NCBI GenBank assembly: GCA_015233195.1
Contig: JADFYE010000005.1
Span: forward strand, 12,122-76,121
Direction of reading: 5' to 3'
Source: Candidatus Omnitrophota bacterium
GTDB lineage: Bacteria; Omnitrophota; Gorgyraeia; Zapsychrales; Zapsychraceae
Length of the DNA stretch: 64,000 nt
The notes beneath the pieces are model-generated. The model was not told the origin of the DNA and ran no database searches. It was given only the letters and a program-made list of their open reading frames with translations. The translations under genes were made by a program, and so were the position numbers. Shown here in pieces: positions 7,746 to 18,131 of this stretch. The first letter of the stretch is position 1; each line of letters starts with the position of its first letter.

Positions 7746-8825
7746 TTACCTCTCCGCACAGCTGATACAAGGATCAATAGTCAATACTAATATAGGAACA
7801 TCCGCCAACTGACATCCTTTCAGAATTTCCAACAAAGGCGTAATATTAGCGAATGTCGGAGTCCTGACTCTAAGCCTTTGCAAAAATTTAGTGCCATTAG
7901 CTTTAGCATAATAAATAACTTCACCGCGCGGCTGTTCAGAACGCGCAAAAAATTCTCCGTTCGGGAAACCAGTAACCTTAGCCTCAATTACGCCTTCTTT
8001 CATTTGTTGGACACATTTTTCAATTATATCAATTGATTGCGCCAACTCACGAATACGAACTTTACAACGGCTATAACAATCTCCCTCCGTCTCAACTATA
8101 GGCGCAAACCCAATCTTGCCATAAGCAGCATAGCCCATCATACGGATATCCATTGCTACTCCGCTGGCTCTAAGCATTGGACCTACCGCACCTAACGCCT
8201 TAGCATTTTCAGTAGTTAAAATTCCAACGCCCTGGGTACGATGTTTTACTGTGGTATCATCTAAAAATACCATACCCAGATCATTAATCTTTTTTTGGTA
8301 AACCCGTAATTTTTTAACAATCTCTTCTAATTTAGCCGGCGCAATATCCCGACGCACGCCTCCGACTTTAGCCGAACCAAAAATAACCCGACCCCCAGTG
8401 GTCTCTTCAATTATATCCAAAATATATTCGCGGATTTTCCAAGATTCCATGAAAAGACTTTCAAAACCAAACCCGTCAGCAGTCAAACCTAACCAAAGTA
8501 AATGACTATGTATACGGGAAAGCTCAGACCAGATAGTACGTAAATATTGCGCGCGTTCTGGCACTTCAATCTTCATCAACTCTTCCACTGCCATACAATA
8601 AGTAAGACCATGGATAAAACTGCATATGCCGCAGATACGTTCTGCCACATATGTATATTCTTGAAAATCTTTTTTCTCAACCAATTTTTCCAACCCACGA
8701 TGAATAAATCCTATGGACGGTATAGCTTCAACCACTTTCTCATCTTCCAAAACCAAATCCAAATGTATTGGCTCTGGAAGTACTGGATGCTGAGGACCAA
8801 AAGGAATGATCGTCCGTTTACTCAT
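7746..8825 (-). CDS. echE: Ech [NiFe]-hydrogenase large subunit (group 4)
   Basis: PFGPQHP start (MSKRTI at 8825); RICGIC and terminal DPCISCAER Ni-binding motifs; no C-terminal extension. Confidence 0.93.
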   Translation of the reverse strand: MSKRTIIPFGPQHPVLPEPIHLDLVLEDEKVVEAIPSIGFIHRGLEKLVEKKDFQEYTYVAERICGICSFIHGLTYCMAVEELMKIEVPERAQYLRTIWSELSRIHSHLLWLGLTADGFGFESLFMESWKIREYILDIIEETTGGRVIFGSAKVGGVRRDIAPAKLEEIVKKLRVYQKKINDLGMVFLDDTTVKHRTQGVGILTTENAKALGAVGPMLRASGVAMDIRMMGYAAYGKIGFAPIVETEGDCYSRCKVRIRELAQSIDIIEKCVQQMKEGVIEAKVTGFPNGEFFARSEQPRGEVIYYAKANGTKFLQRLRVRTPTFANITPLLEILKGCQLADVPILVLTIDPCISCAER

Positions 8826-9189
8826 GGCTCGTCTCCTTTGGTTTCTCGTCTTGATTGAACGCGTGTTTGATTCCTGTACGATAAAATTCACCTTTATAAT
8901 CCACTGCTATATTCTCCACTTTAACATCAAACAAATCATGAATTTCATTTTCATAAAGAAAAGCACTCAAATATACAGCGCTGATACTTGGCACTGGAGT
9001 TGACGTATCTTTAAGAATTATTTTAAAACTTTGATACACATAATCTTTATCAAAAGAATATTGTAACTCCAAACATTCAGGCAATTTGGTGCAACAAATC
9101 TGTACTAAACGCCAGCCTTCATATTTTAATTCACGAACTTTTGCCAAAAGGCTATCCAAAGTTATCTCCACTATAGTTTGCTGTATCAT
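8818..9189 (-). CDS. echD: Ech subunit D (NuoC-like)
   Basis: VPSIS.VY..AFLYENEIHDLF motif; operon position. Confidence 0.85.
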   Translation of the reverse strand: MIQQTIVEITLDSLLAKVRELKYEGWRLVQICCTKLPECLELQYSFDKDYVYQSFKIILKDTSTPVPSISAVYLSAFLYENEIHDLFDVKVENIAVDYKGEFYRTGIKHAFNQDEKPKETSHE

Positions 9190-9629
9190 TTTTTCACCTC
9201 TTCAGCCAGGCTTGCCGCCTTTTTTTTCTCTAAAATTCCCAATGCTTTTACTACCGCATCAATAAGTGCTTCTGGTCTTATTGGACACGAAGGAGCATAA
9301 ACATCAACTGGAACAACTTTATCTGCCCCGCCCAAAACATTATAACATTCCCTAAATACCCCGCCTGAAGTTGCGCATATACCAACTGCTATCACTACTT
9401 TAGGATTCGGCATCTGGTTATAAATATTTTGTACTACTGGTTTGTTTTGCTCATTTATCGACCCAGTCAATAAAAGTATATCCGCATGTTTTGGGTTACC
9501 CGTATTAATTACCCCAAAACGTTCTACGTCATACCTAGGCATCAAGGATGCTAAAACTTCAATATCACAGCCATTACAACTTGATCCATCATAATGAATT
9601 ATCCACGGTGATTTTGATAAAACACTCAT
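9186..9629 (-). CDS. echC: Ech small subunit (NuoB-like)
   Basis: SCNGCDIE, GICATSGG and PSCPIRPEA motifs. Confidence 0.92.
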   Translation of the reverse strand: MSVLSKSPWIIHYDGSSCNGCDIEVLASLMPRYDVERFGVINTGNPKHADILLLTGSINEQNKPVVQNIYNQMPNPKVVIAVGICATSGGVFRECYNVLGGADKVVPVDVYAPSCPIRPEALIDAVVKALGILEKKKAASLAEEVKK

Positions 9630-9630
9630 A

Positions 9631-10479
9631 TTAACCCCTTATCATAAGATAAATAATATTCGCTCCGCCTAAAACTAAAGCCACTAACCAAGAACTTGCA
9701 ACCAAAGCTTGCCATCTTACTCTGGCAGTAGCATTATCAATTAACATTTGAGATAAAAATACTAACAATGACACGCTTAAACCCACCCAAACATTCGAAG
9801 CAAAAAATAAATAAACAATAGCTAAAACAAAAACATTTTCATACCAATGCGCCATTTCAATAATCGCTAAAGTCTTACCTGAAAACTCAGTAGTAATCCC
9901 TTTTACTAATTCTTGGTGAGCATGATGAGAAGTGGAAAGATCAAACGGAGATTTACGAAACTTAATTGGTAAAATAAAAAAGAAAGCTAGAAAAACGCCA
10001 GGCAAAACCATAATTAAAGATTTTGGATAATGAATTATATCTGTGATTTGAAAACTTTTAGTAACCATGTACATGCCAACTGCAACCATCATTAAAGCTG
10101 GTTCATATGACATCATTTGCAAAGCTTCCCTATGCGCGCCAATAACGCTATAAGGTGAACTGGCTTTAAAACCACCTAACACAAAAAATACTCCGGCTAA
10201 AGTTAATGCAAATATGATAAGTAAAAGATCTCCGCCTGCAAAAAATAATGCTCCAGTAAATACTGTCAGAACAAAAAAGAATTCTATATACAAAGTTTGT
10301 GAAGGACGCACCACCAAAGTTTCCTTTTTAAATAATTTAAGCACATCATAAAAAGGCTGTAATATCGGAGGTCCGATCCGATTCTGCATACGTGCTGTTA
10401 CTCTTCGATCCAGACCAGCTAATAACCCGCCTACGATTGGTGCTAAAACTAAATATGAAAGTAATATCTTAATTGACAT
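9631..10479 (-). CDS. echB: Ech membrane subunit B (NuoH-like)
   Basis: ARMQNRIGPPILQPFYDVLKL and KSPFDLSTSHHAHQELVKG. Confidence 0.9.
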   Translation of the reverse strand: MSIKILLSYLVLAPIVGGLLAGLDRRVTARMQNRIGPPILQPFYDVLKLFKKETLVVRPSQTLYIEFFFVLTVFTGALFFAGGDLLLIIFALTLAGVFFVLGGFKASSPYSVIGAHREALQMMSYEPALMMVAVGMYMVTKSFQITDIIHYPKSLIMVLPGVFLAFFFILPIKFRKSPFDLSTSHHAHQELVKGITTEFSGKTLAIIEMAHWYENVFVLAIVYLFFASNVWVGLSVSLLVFLSQMLIDNATARVRWQALVASSWLVALVLGGANIIYLMIRG

Positions 10480-10480
10480 A

Positions 10481-12373
10481 TTACGCTCCCCCCAAAACAA
10501 ATAATCCCAAGACGAACAATACGCCTAAGATCACGCCCAAATACATGAGCCGTTCCTCATTAAAATAATCATTTAAATAATAATTTTTCATTTCCATATC
10601 TTTAACTTCTAAAGCAGCTTGATATTGACCCTTGTGCCCTACATTTGCCCCAGCTAAATACGGATCAGATAATTTAACCCCGCTTCCATAATCTAAAAAT
10701 GTCAATGGGAACAAACATACCATTAAAAGCATAATACCCATAATAACAATATTTCCTTTACTTAATACCATCACGTTTCCGTATATCGCTGCAACATATG
10801 GATCAATTAAATTATGTGCCACCCAGGCAAAAAATCCGCATATAAAAACCGTTAATACTGACAATGTTCCCATTGCAATCCATTGACCAGTAGGTATACC
10901 TTTTTCAATATTCTCATATGGTTTATCTACTATTAAAACTTTGCCTAACCACTTCACCCAGAAAAATAAAGTAGCTGCACTACCAAAAATCAAAAATACC
11001 GCTGAAAAAGGACTAAAATCTATCATCGCCCGTAATACTGCCCATTTACTTATAAGCATACCAAACGGCGCTAAAAACATACCTGCAATTCCAATCTGCA
11101 ACATAACTGAAACCTTTGGCATACGCACAATCAAACCTGTCATATCTTCAACCTGACGGCTTCCGGTTTCATGCTCAATACCGCCCACGCATAAAAACAA
11201 AAGCCCCTTAGCAACCGCATGGAAAATTATCAATAAAATACCTGCCCAAACCGCTTCGTATGTTCCAACGCCCGCGCATAAAATTATTAAACCTAAGTTA
11301 GCTATAGTAGAATATGCCAATATTTTTTTAGCGTCATTTTGACTAATACAAATAAATGATCCAATCAAAAATGTAATTAACCCGACCATAGCAACAAACA
11401 AACCTAAAGTTGTACCCTGTAATTGATGAGCAAAACGTAATACCAAATAAACACCCGCCTTTACCATCGTACTAGAGTGAAGCAATGCTGAAACAGGCGT
11501 AGGCGCTACCATTGCCCCGACCAGCCATGAAGAACAAGGTAATTGTGCTGATTTAGTTAACCCAGCAAAACATAACAAAGCTACAGGCAATAAAACTAAA
11601 GTACCAGGTAAACTCATCATCTCATTTAACGCAATAGTGTGATGGGTCTTAAACAGCACGATTATTCCGATCAAAAAAGCTAAACCACCCAACAAATTCC
11701 ATCGTAACGCTAAAAATGAATTTGCAATGGATTGGTCATCTTGTTTATAACCAATCAAAATAAATGAGCAAACTGTTGTTATCTCCCAGAAAAATAATAA
11801 CCACATCAAATTATTAGAGAAGCAAACCCCAAACATCGCAGAAAGGAAAATAAAAATGAGACCTAGAAACAGCGGTCTTCTATCTTTTACTTCTTCATGA
11901 TGAGCATGAAAATCTTCCATATATCCTACTGCATACATGGCTATCAAACTTCCGATCACGCCGATAATCAAGCCCATGATCACTGAAAATAGATCAATAA
12001 ACAAATTGTTCTCTACATGCGCTGAATGACCAGCCCCAAAATGGAACCATAATAAAAGTCCGGTTTGAACAGCAATTAAAATTGAAACAATCATATCTTT
12101 ACGTCTTAACGCCAAAAATAAAATATAAGCCGCAAGCAAAACCTCAATAATCAACATAAAAGGCTCAATCCAACTAAAATGAGCAGGAACAAAGATTGGT
12201 GAACCTTTAAGCCCAATAGCTAAAAGTCCAATCGACACCACAATTAAAACTATAACCCCAGGATAAATAAATTTCTTAAATAAAGACGACCAACGGTTGA
12301 CCAAAGCTAAAGCGCCTATTAATAAAGGGAAAAGCATTAAGAAATACAGCAAGAACGGAACGTGGTTTTGCAT
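10481..12373 (-). CDS. echA: Ech antiporter-like subunit A (NuoL/MrpA-like)
   Basis: KSAQLP..WLVGAMVAPTPVSALLHSSTMVKAGVYL; many transmembrane helices. Confidence 0.92.
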   Translation of the reverse strand: MQNHVPFLLYFLMLFPLLIGALALVNRWSSLFKKFIYPGVIVLIVVSIGLLAIGLKGSPIFVPAHFSWIEPFMLIIEVLLAAYILFLALRRKDMIVSILIAVQTGLLLWFHFGAGHSAHVENNLFIDLFSVIMGLIIGVIGSLIAMYAVGYMEDFHAHHEEVKDRRPLFLGLIFIFLSAMFGVCFSNNLMWLLFFWEITTVCSFILIGYKQDDQSIANSFLALRWNLLGGLAFLIGIIVLFKTHHTIALNEMMSLPGTLVLLPVALLCFAGLTKSAQLPCSSWLVGAMVAPTPVSALLHSSTMVKAGVYLVLRFAHQLQGTTLGLFVAMVGLITFLIGSFICISQNDAKKILAYSTIANLGLIILCAGVGTYEAVWAGILLIIFHAVAKGLLFLCVGGIEHETGSRQVEDMTGLIVRMPKVSVMLQIGIAGMFLAPFGMLISKWAVLRAMIDFSPFSAVFLIFGSAATLFFWVKWLGKVLIVDKPYENIEKGIPTGQWIAMGTLSVLTVFICGFFAWVAHNLIDPYVAAIYGNVMVLSKGNIVIMGIMLLMVCLFPLTFLDYGSGVKLSDPYLAGANVGHKGQYQAALEVKDMEMKNYYLNDYFNEERLMYLGVILGVLFVLGLFVLGGA

Positions 12374-12400
12374 TTTTTATTTGCGGTTAAAAACGCACCT

Positions 12401-12455
12401 TTCAAATTAATAATTCAAATTAATAAGCACTATTAAAACTCAAGCTTTGAAGTTT
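12401..12455. promoter_or_regulatory. Candidate operator upstream of the ech operon
   Basis: Perfect tandem 13-mer TTCAAATTAATAA x2 (12401-12426) plus imperfect palindrome AAACTCAAGCTTTGAAGTTT (~12436-12455). Confidence 0.4.
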
Positions 12456-12554
12456 ATATTCTACAAAAAATATCAAAAGACGCAATAACAAAATTGTAAA
12501 TTAATAAACTTCCTTAGTTTAACCAGAACTAACTAATTTTAACAGCAAAAAAGC

Positions 12555-13073
12555 TTAAACTTCAAAACTCTTAAGTAATCTGACTAAAGAATTAATCTCC
12601 GCCTCCACCAAATCAAGATCATGTTGAAGGATTATCTGCAAATGTTGACGAACATCTAAAGCCGAACGATTTAACTTGTTTAATTCTGTTCTAATCCGCT
12701 TAAGAACCAAAATCCTGCCCCGCAATTTTCGTTTAGCAGTCTTTTTATCAATATATTGCAGAAAATATAAGGATAAATCAAAATGAAAATATGGTCGTTC
12801 AACAGTTAAAAAACTTTCAGTTGCCAAACGGTCAAAAACTTTAGCGCCTTGTGAAGTCAGGCTATAAACATATTTTTCCGGGAATTTTCCTGAACGGTCA
12901 GTTTCCTTTTCAATCAAACCGTATTTTTCCATTTGCTTCAATGGATAATAAATGGATTTGATCTTTAACCCTAATAACGGTCCAAGCTCCTCTTCAATTA
13001 TACGCTTGATTTCATAACCGTGTTTAGGTCCATCCTTTAGCAACCCTAAAAATAAAAATTCATTTTCAATCAT
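12555..13073 (-). CDS. PadR-family transcriptional regulator
   Basis: LGLL..GPKHGYEIK, SIYYPLKQMEKYGLI and YSLTSQG winged-HTH motifs. Confidence 0.9.
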   Translation of the reverse strand: MIENEFLFLGLLKDGPKHGYEIKRIIEEELGPLLGLKIKSIYYPLKQMEKYGLIEKETDRSGKFPEKYVYSLTSQGAKVFDRLATESFLTVERPYFHFDLSLYFLQYIDKKTAKRKLRGRILVLKRIRTELNKLNRSALDVRQHLQIILQHDLDLVEAEINSLVRLLKSFEV

Positions 13074-13075
13074 AA

Positions 13076-14110
13076 TTATAAGATCAATTGCTGAGATCGT
13101 TCCGTGTAATCAATTATTTTTGCCATCATATCAATGGTTTCAACCGGATATTTGCCAACTGCGGTCTCACCTGAAAGCATTACCGCATCCGCACCGTCTA
13201 AAATTGCATTAGCCACATCAGATACTTCAGCCCGGGTTGGTCGATTATTTTCAGTCATAGTTTCAAGCATCTGAGTCGCAACTATCACAAATTTTTTATT
13301 CCGATTACATCTGCGTATAATATATTTCTGCATAATCGGAACTTGATATATCGGCAAACTTACCCCCATATCTCCTCTTGCAACCATTATCCCGTCACAA
13401 GCATCAATAATATCATCCACATTACGGATACCATCCAAATTTTCAATCTTTGATATTATTTTACAATCAGGCAATATTGGTCTAACTTTTTTTACCACAT
13501 GCAATATGTCTGCTGCATTGCGTACAAAAGATTGAGCGATCATATCAACTTTGTTTGCAATACCAAATTTAATGTCTTTTTTATCTTTTGCAGTAAACGT
13601 CTCCTGTTTCAATTTAAGACCAGGGATGTTTATACCTTTGCGGGATTTAAGGGAACCACCTTCACAAACTAAAACTTTTATCCGCTGTGAGTCTCGTTCC
13701 TTAACTTTCAAACAAATCCGTCCATCGTCAATAAAAATATTTGATCCAACTGGTATATCTTTGGCCGAACCCGTATAATCAAAAAAAATCTCTCCGGAGT
13801 TTTTAACTTTATCATTAGTCAAATAAACAATTGCGCCCAATTTTAGCTCAATTGGTTTATCCAAATGTCCAATACGAATCCGATAACCTTCAAGGTCCTG
13901 TAATATCTTTATTTGAAATTTATATCTGCCATTGATCTTTCGTACCAAATCAATCGCACCTTGATGCTGCTCATACGAACCATGTGAAAAATTTAAACGT
14001 ACAATATTAAGTCCCTTACGCGCCATCCGTACCAAAACATCTTCTGATAATGATGCTGGTCCTAAAGTAGCTATGATATTAGTATCCCTGGTTTGAACCT
14101 TTGCTTTCAT
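13076..14110 (-). CDS. pyk: Pyruvate kinase (short, lacking the C-terminal domain)
   Basis: [42 protein letters not shown] and MLSGETA; 344 aa. Confidence 0.92.
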   Translation of the reverse strand: MKAKVQTRDTNIIATLGPASLSEDVLVRMARKGLNIVRLNFSHGSYEQHQGAIDLVRKINGRYKFQIKILQDLEGYRIRIGHLDKPIELKLGAIVYLTNDKVKNSGEIFFDYTGSAKDIPVGSNIFIDDGRICLKVKERDSQRIKVLVCEGGSLKSRKGINIPGLKLKQETFTAKDKKDIKFGIANKVDMIAQSFVRNAADILHVVKKVRPILPDCKIISKIENLDGIRNVDDIIDACDGIMVARGDMGVSLPIYQVPIMQKYIIRRCNRNKKFVIVATQMLETMTENNRPTRAEVSDVANAILDGADAVMLSGETAVGKYPVETIDMMAKIIDYTERSQQLIL

Positions 14111-14119
14111 GGTATATCC

Positions 14120-14608
14120 CTATTTTACAGACGTATATTGCTTATCCAACAAACTAAAAATCATTTGTGCAGCCTTATCCCGGGCACGAGTGCTTAATGA
14201 AGTGACTTGGATTTTTATTTCATTTGTACGCGCAAATTTTGTAAAAAACACGCCTACTTCAGTAGTGTCAACTTGCCCAGGCACATCCATAAAAACTATT
14301 ATTCCCCTTAATCTGTCATCAATAAAAACCGAATACGGTCCATAAACTTTCTTATTGGGATCACTTTTATCTTTTAATAAAGGGTTATTCGATTTCACAT
14401 CTAATTTTAATTCTTGAGCAACTTGGGTGAGTGTTAAAACCGTATCATAACAATCGTCATAATTACAAGTATACACTTTAGACAAAGCCTTAAGATGTGC
14501 AGGGGATAAATGTTCAGTTGAAGTTCCCCAAACTTTACGTCCCGATTCCTGAACAAAAGAACAACCCGCCGCAAATACACATAACCCAATTAATAATATT
14601 TTTTTCAT
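14120..14608 (-). CDS. Hypothetical lipoprotein
   Basis: Signal peptide with lipobox AAGC. Confidence 0.7.
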   Translation of the reverse strand: MKKILLIGLCVFAAGCSFVQESGRKVWGTSTEHLSPAHLKALSKVYTCNYDDCYDTVLTLTQVAQELKLDVKSNNPLLKDKSDPNKKVYGPYSVFIDDRLRGIIVFMDVPGQVDTTEVGVFFTKFARTNEIKIQVTSLSTRARDKAAQMIFSLLDKQYTSVK

Positions 14609-14624
14609 ATCATCTCCTTTAAAA

Positions 14625-14648
14625 GGGCACGAAGTATCGTGCCCCTAC
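14625..14648 (-). repeat. GTAG-type REP element
   Basis: Minus strand GTAG-GGGCACGA-TACT-TCGTGCCC: GTAG tetranucleotide plus a perfect 8-bp hairpin. Confidence 0.7.
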
Positions 14649-14663
14649 AACCTTGTCCACTTA

Positions 14664-15131
14664 TTATCCATACACATATGTCGCATTTAAAATATCATGC
14701 CGCCCTATAACGCCTATGATTTTCCCCTCCTGCATGACCGGCAAAAAATGAATATGCCACTTTATAACAATATCCAACATTTCTCGTAAGGTAGTGGTCG
14801 GAGCTATAGTTATTATGGTCTTCGACATTATCTCTAAAATAGGTAAATTTTTTGTCTTTTCTAAATGTTCATGTAAAGATTTATTCCGCTCATCATTTAC
14901 TCCCTGTTCTACCTGACGCGCGACTTTATCCAAAAGTATAAACAGATCAGTTAATGTTACAATACCAACTAGTTCTTTGTTCTCATTCACAACCGGAACC
15001 CCGCTGACTATTGACCTTAACATCAAATGCGCGACCTGACCAATAAGCATATCCGGCTTTACTGAGATAACACTTTCACTCATTATATCTTTGGCAAGTA
15101 TTTGATCTAAATTTAATTGATCATCTGACAT
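14664..15131 (-). CDS. CBS-pair domain protein
   Basis: DIMS...GVPVV...VGIVT.TD and EIMS...LPV...IGVIGRHD. Confidence 0.88.
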   Translation of the reverse strand: MSDDQLNLDQILAKDIMSESVISVKPDMLIGQVAHLMLRSIVSGVPVVNENKELVGIVTLTDLFILLDKVARQVEQGVNDERNKSLHEHLEKTKNLPILEIMSKTIITIAPTTTLREMLDIVIKWHIHFLPVMQEGKIIGVIGRHDILNATYVYG

Positions 15132-15137
15132 AAAGAG

Positions 15138-16418
15138 TTACGCCTTAATTAAAGATTCCACCTTAATACGGTAATCATTACAAATCCGTTCTAATCCTAG
15201 TATCTGTGCTCTAGCTTTTACCAATTCATAATTCAACTGACGATCACGTTCCTGAAAACGCGCATTATTTTTTTCCGTATCCTCTACTCTAACAACCAAC
15301 CCGTGATTTTCTTTTTCCAACCTTTCTAACTCTAATTTTAAAACCTTTAACCCCTGCTCTAAAACCTCAACCTGTTTACTTCGCTCAGCGACTATATTTC
15401 GATATTCATCGCGCACTTTATCAACAGCCTGATTAATTCCGCCATACACATCCTCCCGCTTATTCAAAACCGCTGATACTTCACGATTTTTTTCATCAAG
15501 TTCAAACTCCAATTTTACAATTTCAGCTTTTAAATTATCAACCTGAGCAGTACTAGATTTTCCCGCATATTCAACCTGTTTTCTAAGAGTATCAATTTCA
15601 TTTTCAGCGGATAAACATTTATTTTCCAAAACTATTTTTTGCGCTTTTATTTCCTCAAGGAACTTTGTAAGCTTTTCATATTCCTTTTCCAAAGCAACTT
15701 TGTCTGAAGAGTAATCTATCCGCTGAGCTTCCGCTATTTTAAACTGTTCATCAACCTTCTGCTTAAATTCCTTTTCCACTTCCATTTTAATCAAATCAAA
15801 CCGCAATTGTGTTTCACGGTTCTCATTACCTAATTTTTCTTTTTCAAGCTGCACTTCGTGCAATTTCTGGTCAATCTCATCATATTTTTTTAACAAATCA
15901 ATTTTTTCTTTATGAAACTGAATTATTTCCTCCCGTAACCGCTTATTTTCTTCATTAAGCTGAATATTCGCTTCCCGCATCATACGTAACTGTTCTTCTT
16001 TTTCCTTCAAAAGCTTTTTCTCTTCTTCAGCCAATATTTTCATTTCCCGCGAAGACATTTCCCTTTTTAAAGCATCTTCCAATTTTTGATTATCCATTTG
16101 TAACTGCTGAATATTCTGTTCATACGACGACTGCCGGGTTTGAAATTCCCTTTTTAAAACATCAATTTCTCTAGTAATCTCTGGTAATCTTTCATTATTA
16201 AAAACTTCTAAATGGTGAGCTAAATGATCAACAGTCTGCGACATGGATAAAGGTTTGCTACTTTTAGAAACATTCTGCCGCAATTCTTTTATCTCATTAA
16301 TATCAGATATCGGAACAGCGTCAGCCGGAAGCTGTTTAGTTGAAATCTGCTTATTCAACATCAAAATCAAAGCTATTACAACCAAACCGATGATAGCAAT
16401 AATAAAAACCCAAATCAT
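15138..16418 (-). CDS. Membrane-anchored long coiled-coil protein
   Basis: N-terminal TM helix (MIWVFIIAIIGLVVIALILML) followed by ~350 aa of heptad-rich E/K/Q sequence. Confidence 0.75.
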   Translation of the reverse strand: MIWVFIIAIIGLVVIALILMLNKQISTKQLPADAVPISDINEIKELRQNVSKSSKPLSMSQTVDHLAHHLEVFNNERLPEITREIDVLKREFQTRQSSYEQNIQQLQMDNQKLEDALKREMSSREMKILAEEEKKLLKEKEEQLRMMREANIQLNEENKRLREEIIQFHKEKIDLLKKYDEIDQKLHEVQLEKEKLGNENRETQLRFDLIKMEVEKEFKQKVDEQFKIAEAQRIDYSSDKVALEKEYEKLTKFLEEIKAQKIVLENKCLSAENEIDTLRKQVEYAGKSSTAQVDNLKAEIVKLEFELDEKNREVSAVLNKREDVYGGINQAVDKVRDEYRNIVAERSKQVEVLEQGLKVLKLELERLEKENHGLVVRVEDTEKNNARFQERDRQLNYELVKARAQILGLERICNDYRIKVESLIKA

Positions 16419-16428
16419 ATGTTCTCCT

Positions 16429-17418
16429 TTACCAACATTTACCATCTTTAAGATATTTTACATAATCAGCTACTGCATAAGTTAAAGATGTGAACGGTTT
16501 TTTGTAACCGTTCGCACGCAACTTGGTCATATCTGCTTGAGTAAAATACTGGTATTTATCATGTAATATTTCGGGCATCGGAATATATTCAATATTAGTT
16601 TTCTTACCTACCGCCTTAAATAATGCATTTGCCAAATCATTCCAAGACTTGGCTTCGCCGGTACCTACGTTAAAAATCCCGTTAACTTGCGGATTATTAA
16701 AAAAATACATGACCACGTCAACCGCATCTTTTACATAAATAAAATCGCGTTTTTGCTCACCATCAGAATAATCTTGACGATGCGACTTAAATAAAACCAT
16801 TTTTCCTTCTTCAGCCACTTTCTTATAAGCTTTATTAACCACACTTCGCATATCTTCTTTATGATATTCATTCGGACCAAAAACATTAAAAAATTTCAAA
16901 CCAACAATACGATCCAAATAATGATTCTCTAACGCCCAAATATCAAAATCCTGTTTTGACTGACCGTACAAATTCAACGGTTTACATTTTCGCACCGTAT
17001 CATCATCGTCTTTGTAGCCTTCCCCACCGTCGCCATAAGTCGCAGCAGAACTAGCGTAAATAAAACGAATTTCATTCTTTAGCGCCCAATTCGCCAAAAT
17101 ACGGGTATATTCTAAATTATTTTCCTGAAAATATTTCGCATCTTGTACAGTAGTAGAACTGCATGCGCCCATATGTATTACTACTGATATCGGAACATCC
17201 AGCTTATTGCCGGTAACCAAATCTAAAAAATCCGTTTTATCATAATATTTTATATATTTTTTGCCGATTAAATTACGGGCTTTAATATCTGTGGTTGTAT
17301 CAGGAGTTAAATTATCCTCAAAATGATCCACTATTATTAGATCATCAAATCCCAATTCATTGAGCCGGGCAACAATACAACTACCAATAAACCCAGCCCC
17401 ACCTGTAATAATTTTCAT
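16429..17418 (-). CDS. rfaD: ADP-L-glycero-D-manno-heptose 6-epimerase
   Basis: TGGAGFIGS, HMGACSST, YASSAATYG, YGQSK, FNVFGPNEYHK and YQYFTQAD. Confidence 0.93.
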   Translation of the reverse strand: MKIITGGAGFIGSCIVARLNELGFDDLIIVDHFEDNLTPDTTTDIKARNLIGKKYIKYYDKTDFLDLVTGNKLDVPISVVIHMGACSSTTVQDAKYFQENNLEYTRILANWALKNEIRFIYASSAATYGDGGEGYKDDDDTVRKCKPLNLYGQSKQDFDIWALENHYLDRIVGLKFFNVFGPNEYHKEDMRSVVNKAYKKVAEEGKMVLFKSHRQDYSDGEQKRDFIYVKDAVDVVMYFFNNPQVNGIFNVGTGEAKSWNDLANALFKAVGKKTNIEYIPMPEILHDKYQYFTQADMTKLRANGYKKPFTSLTYAVADYVKYLKDGKCW

Positions 17419-17439
17419 ATATACCTTCTTTTTGAATTC

Positions 17440-18054
17440 TTACTTTATTACTTCTACTGCCCGCTGGCGTTCTTCTTCCGCCAATATCCACTTTGCCAAA
17501 TTCTGCCCCATATTCCGAGCCATTTTTGCCCAATCACCTTTTTTTATCGAAACACTTTGAGTATCTTTAAATATAAACACAGTTTTTCCAGTCTCTACTT
17601 CTTTTAATTTTCCCTCCAGAGTCAATGTCATATTCTTTCGACGTAAAATATGACGTTGAAAAAATGAAGGTGTATCCATGGCATCAATAGTACCGGAAAT
17701 ATTAAAATTCGGCTTTAAATCTTTATCCGAAAATATTAAATCTATCTTAGACTTTTCAAATTCTTTGCCTTGTGATTCATACACATCCATGAATCCGCGG
17801 ACTATCATTACAGAAACAGTATCTGACTCTGGACCAGCCGAAACTTCTGTTCCAGGTAAAAACGGCATTATCATTAAATTCCCGCCTTTACGCAGCAATT
17901 CAGTATCAATAATTTTTGTTTCTTTAAGATAAGTCGGCAAATAAGAAACTTCAACAGCAGAAACTGCCGGCTTCTTTTTTAATTTTAGAGCATGACTGCA
18001 TCCAGAAGCTGAAAACAGTACTAATATAATTAATACTAAAATATAAGATTTCAT
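17440..18054 (-). CDS. Hypothetical lipoprotein
   Basis: Signal peptide with lipobox ASGC. Confidence 0.65.
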   Translation of the reverse strand: MKSYILVLIILVLFSASGCSHALKLKKKPAVSAVEVSYLPTYLKETKIIDTELLRKGGNLMIMPFLPGTEVSAGPESDTVSVMIVRGFMDVYESQGKEFEKSKIDLIFSDKDLKPNFNISGTIDAMDTPSFFQRHILRRKNMTLTLEGKLKEVETGKTVFIFKDTQSVSIKKGDWAKMARNMGQNLAKWILAEEERQRAVEVIK

Positions 18055-18131
18055 AATGCGATGATTCTAACACACGCATTTTTACGGCTCAAGGTAATAT
18101 TTATTTTTGATATAGGCGAATGATTAAATAA

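Noticed and set aside
7746-8825. Selenocysteine ([NiFeSe]) or inactive Ehr-type large subunit
   Set aside because: All four Ni-ligand Cys are present as ordinary Cys codons, with no in-frame TGA
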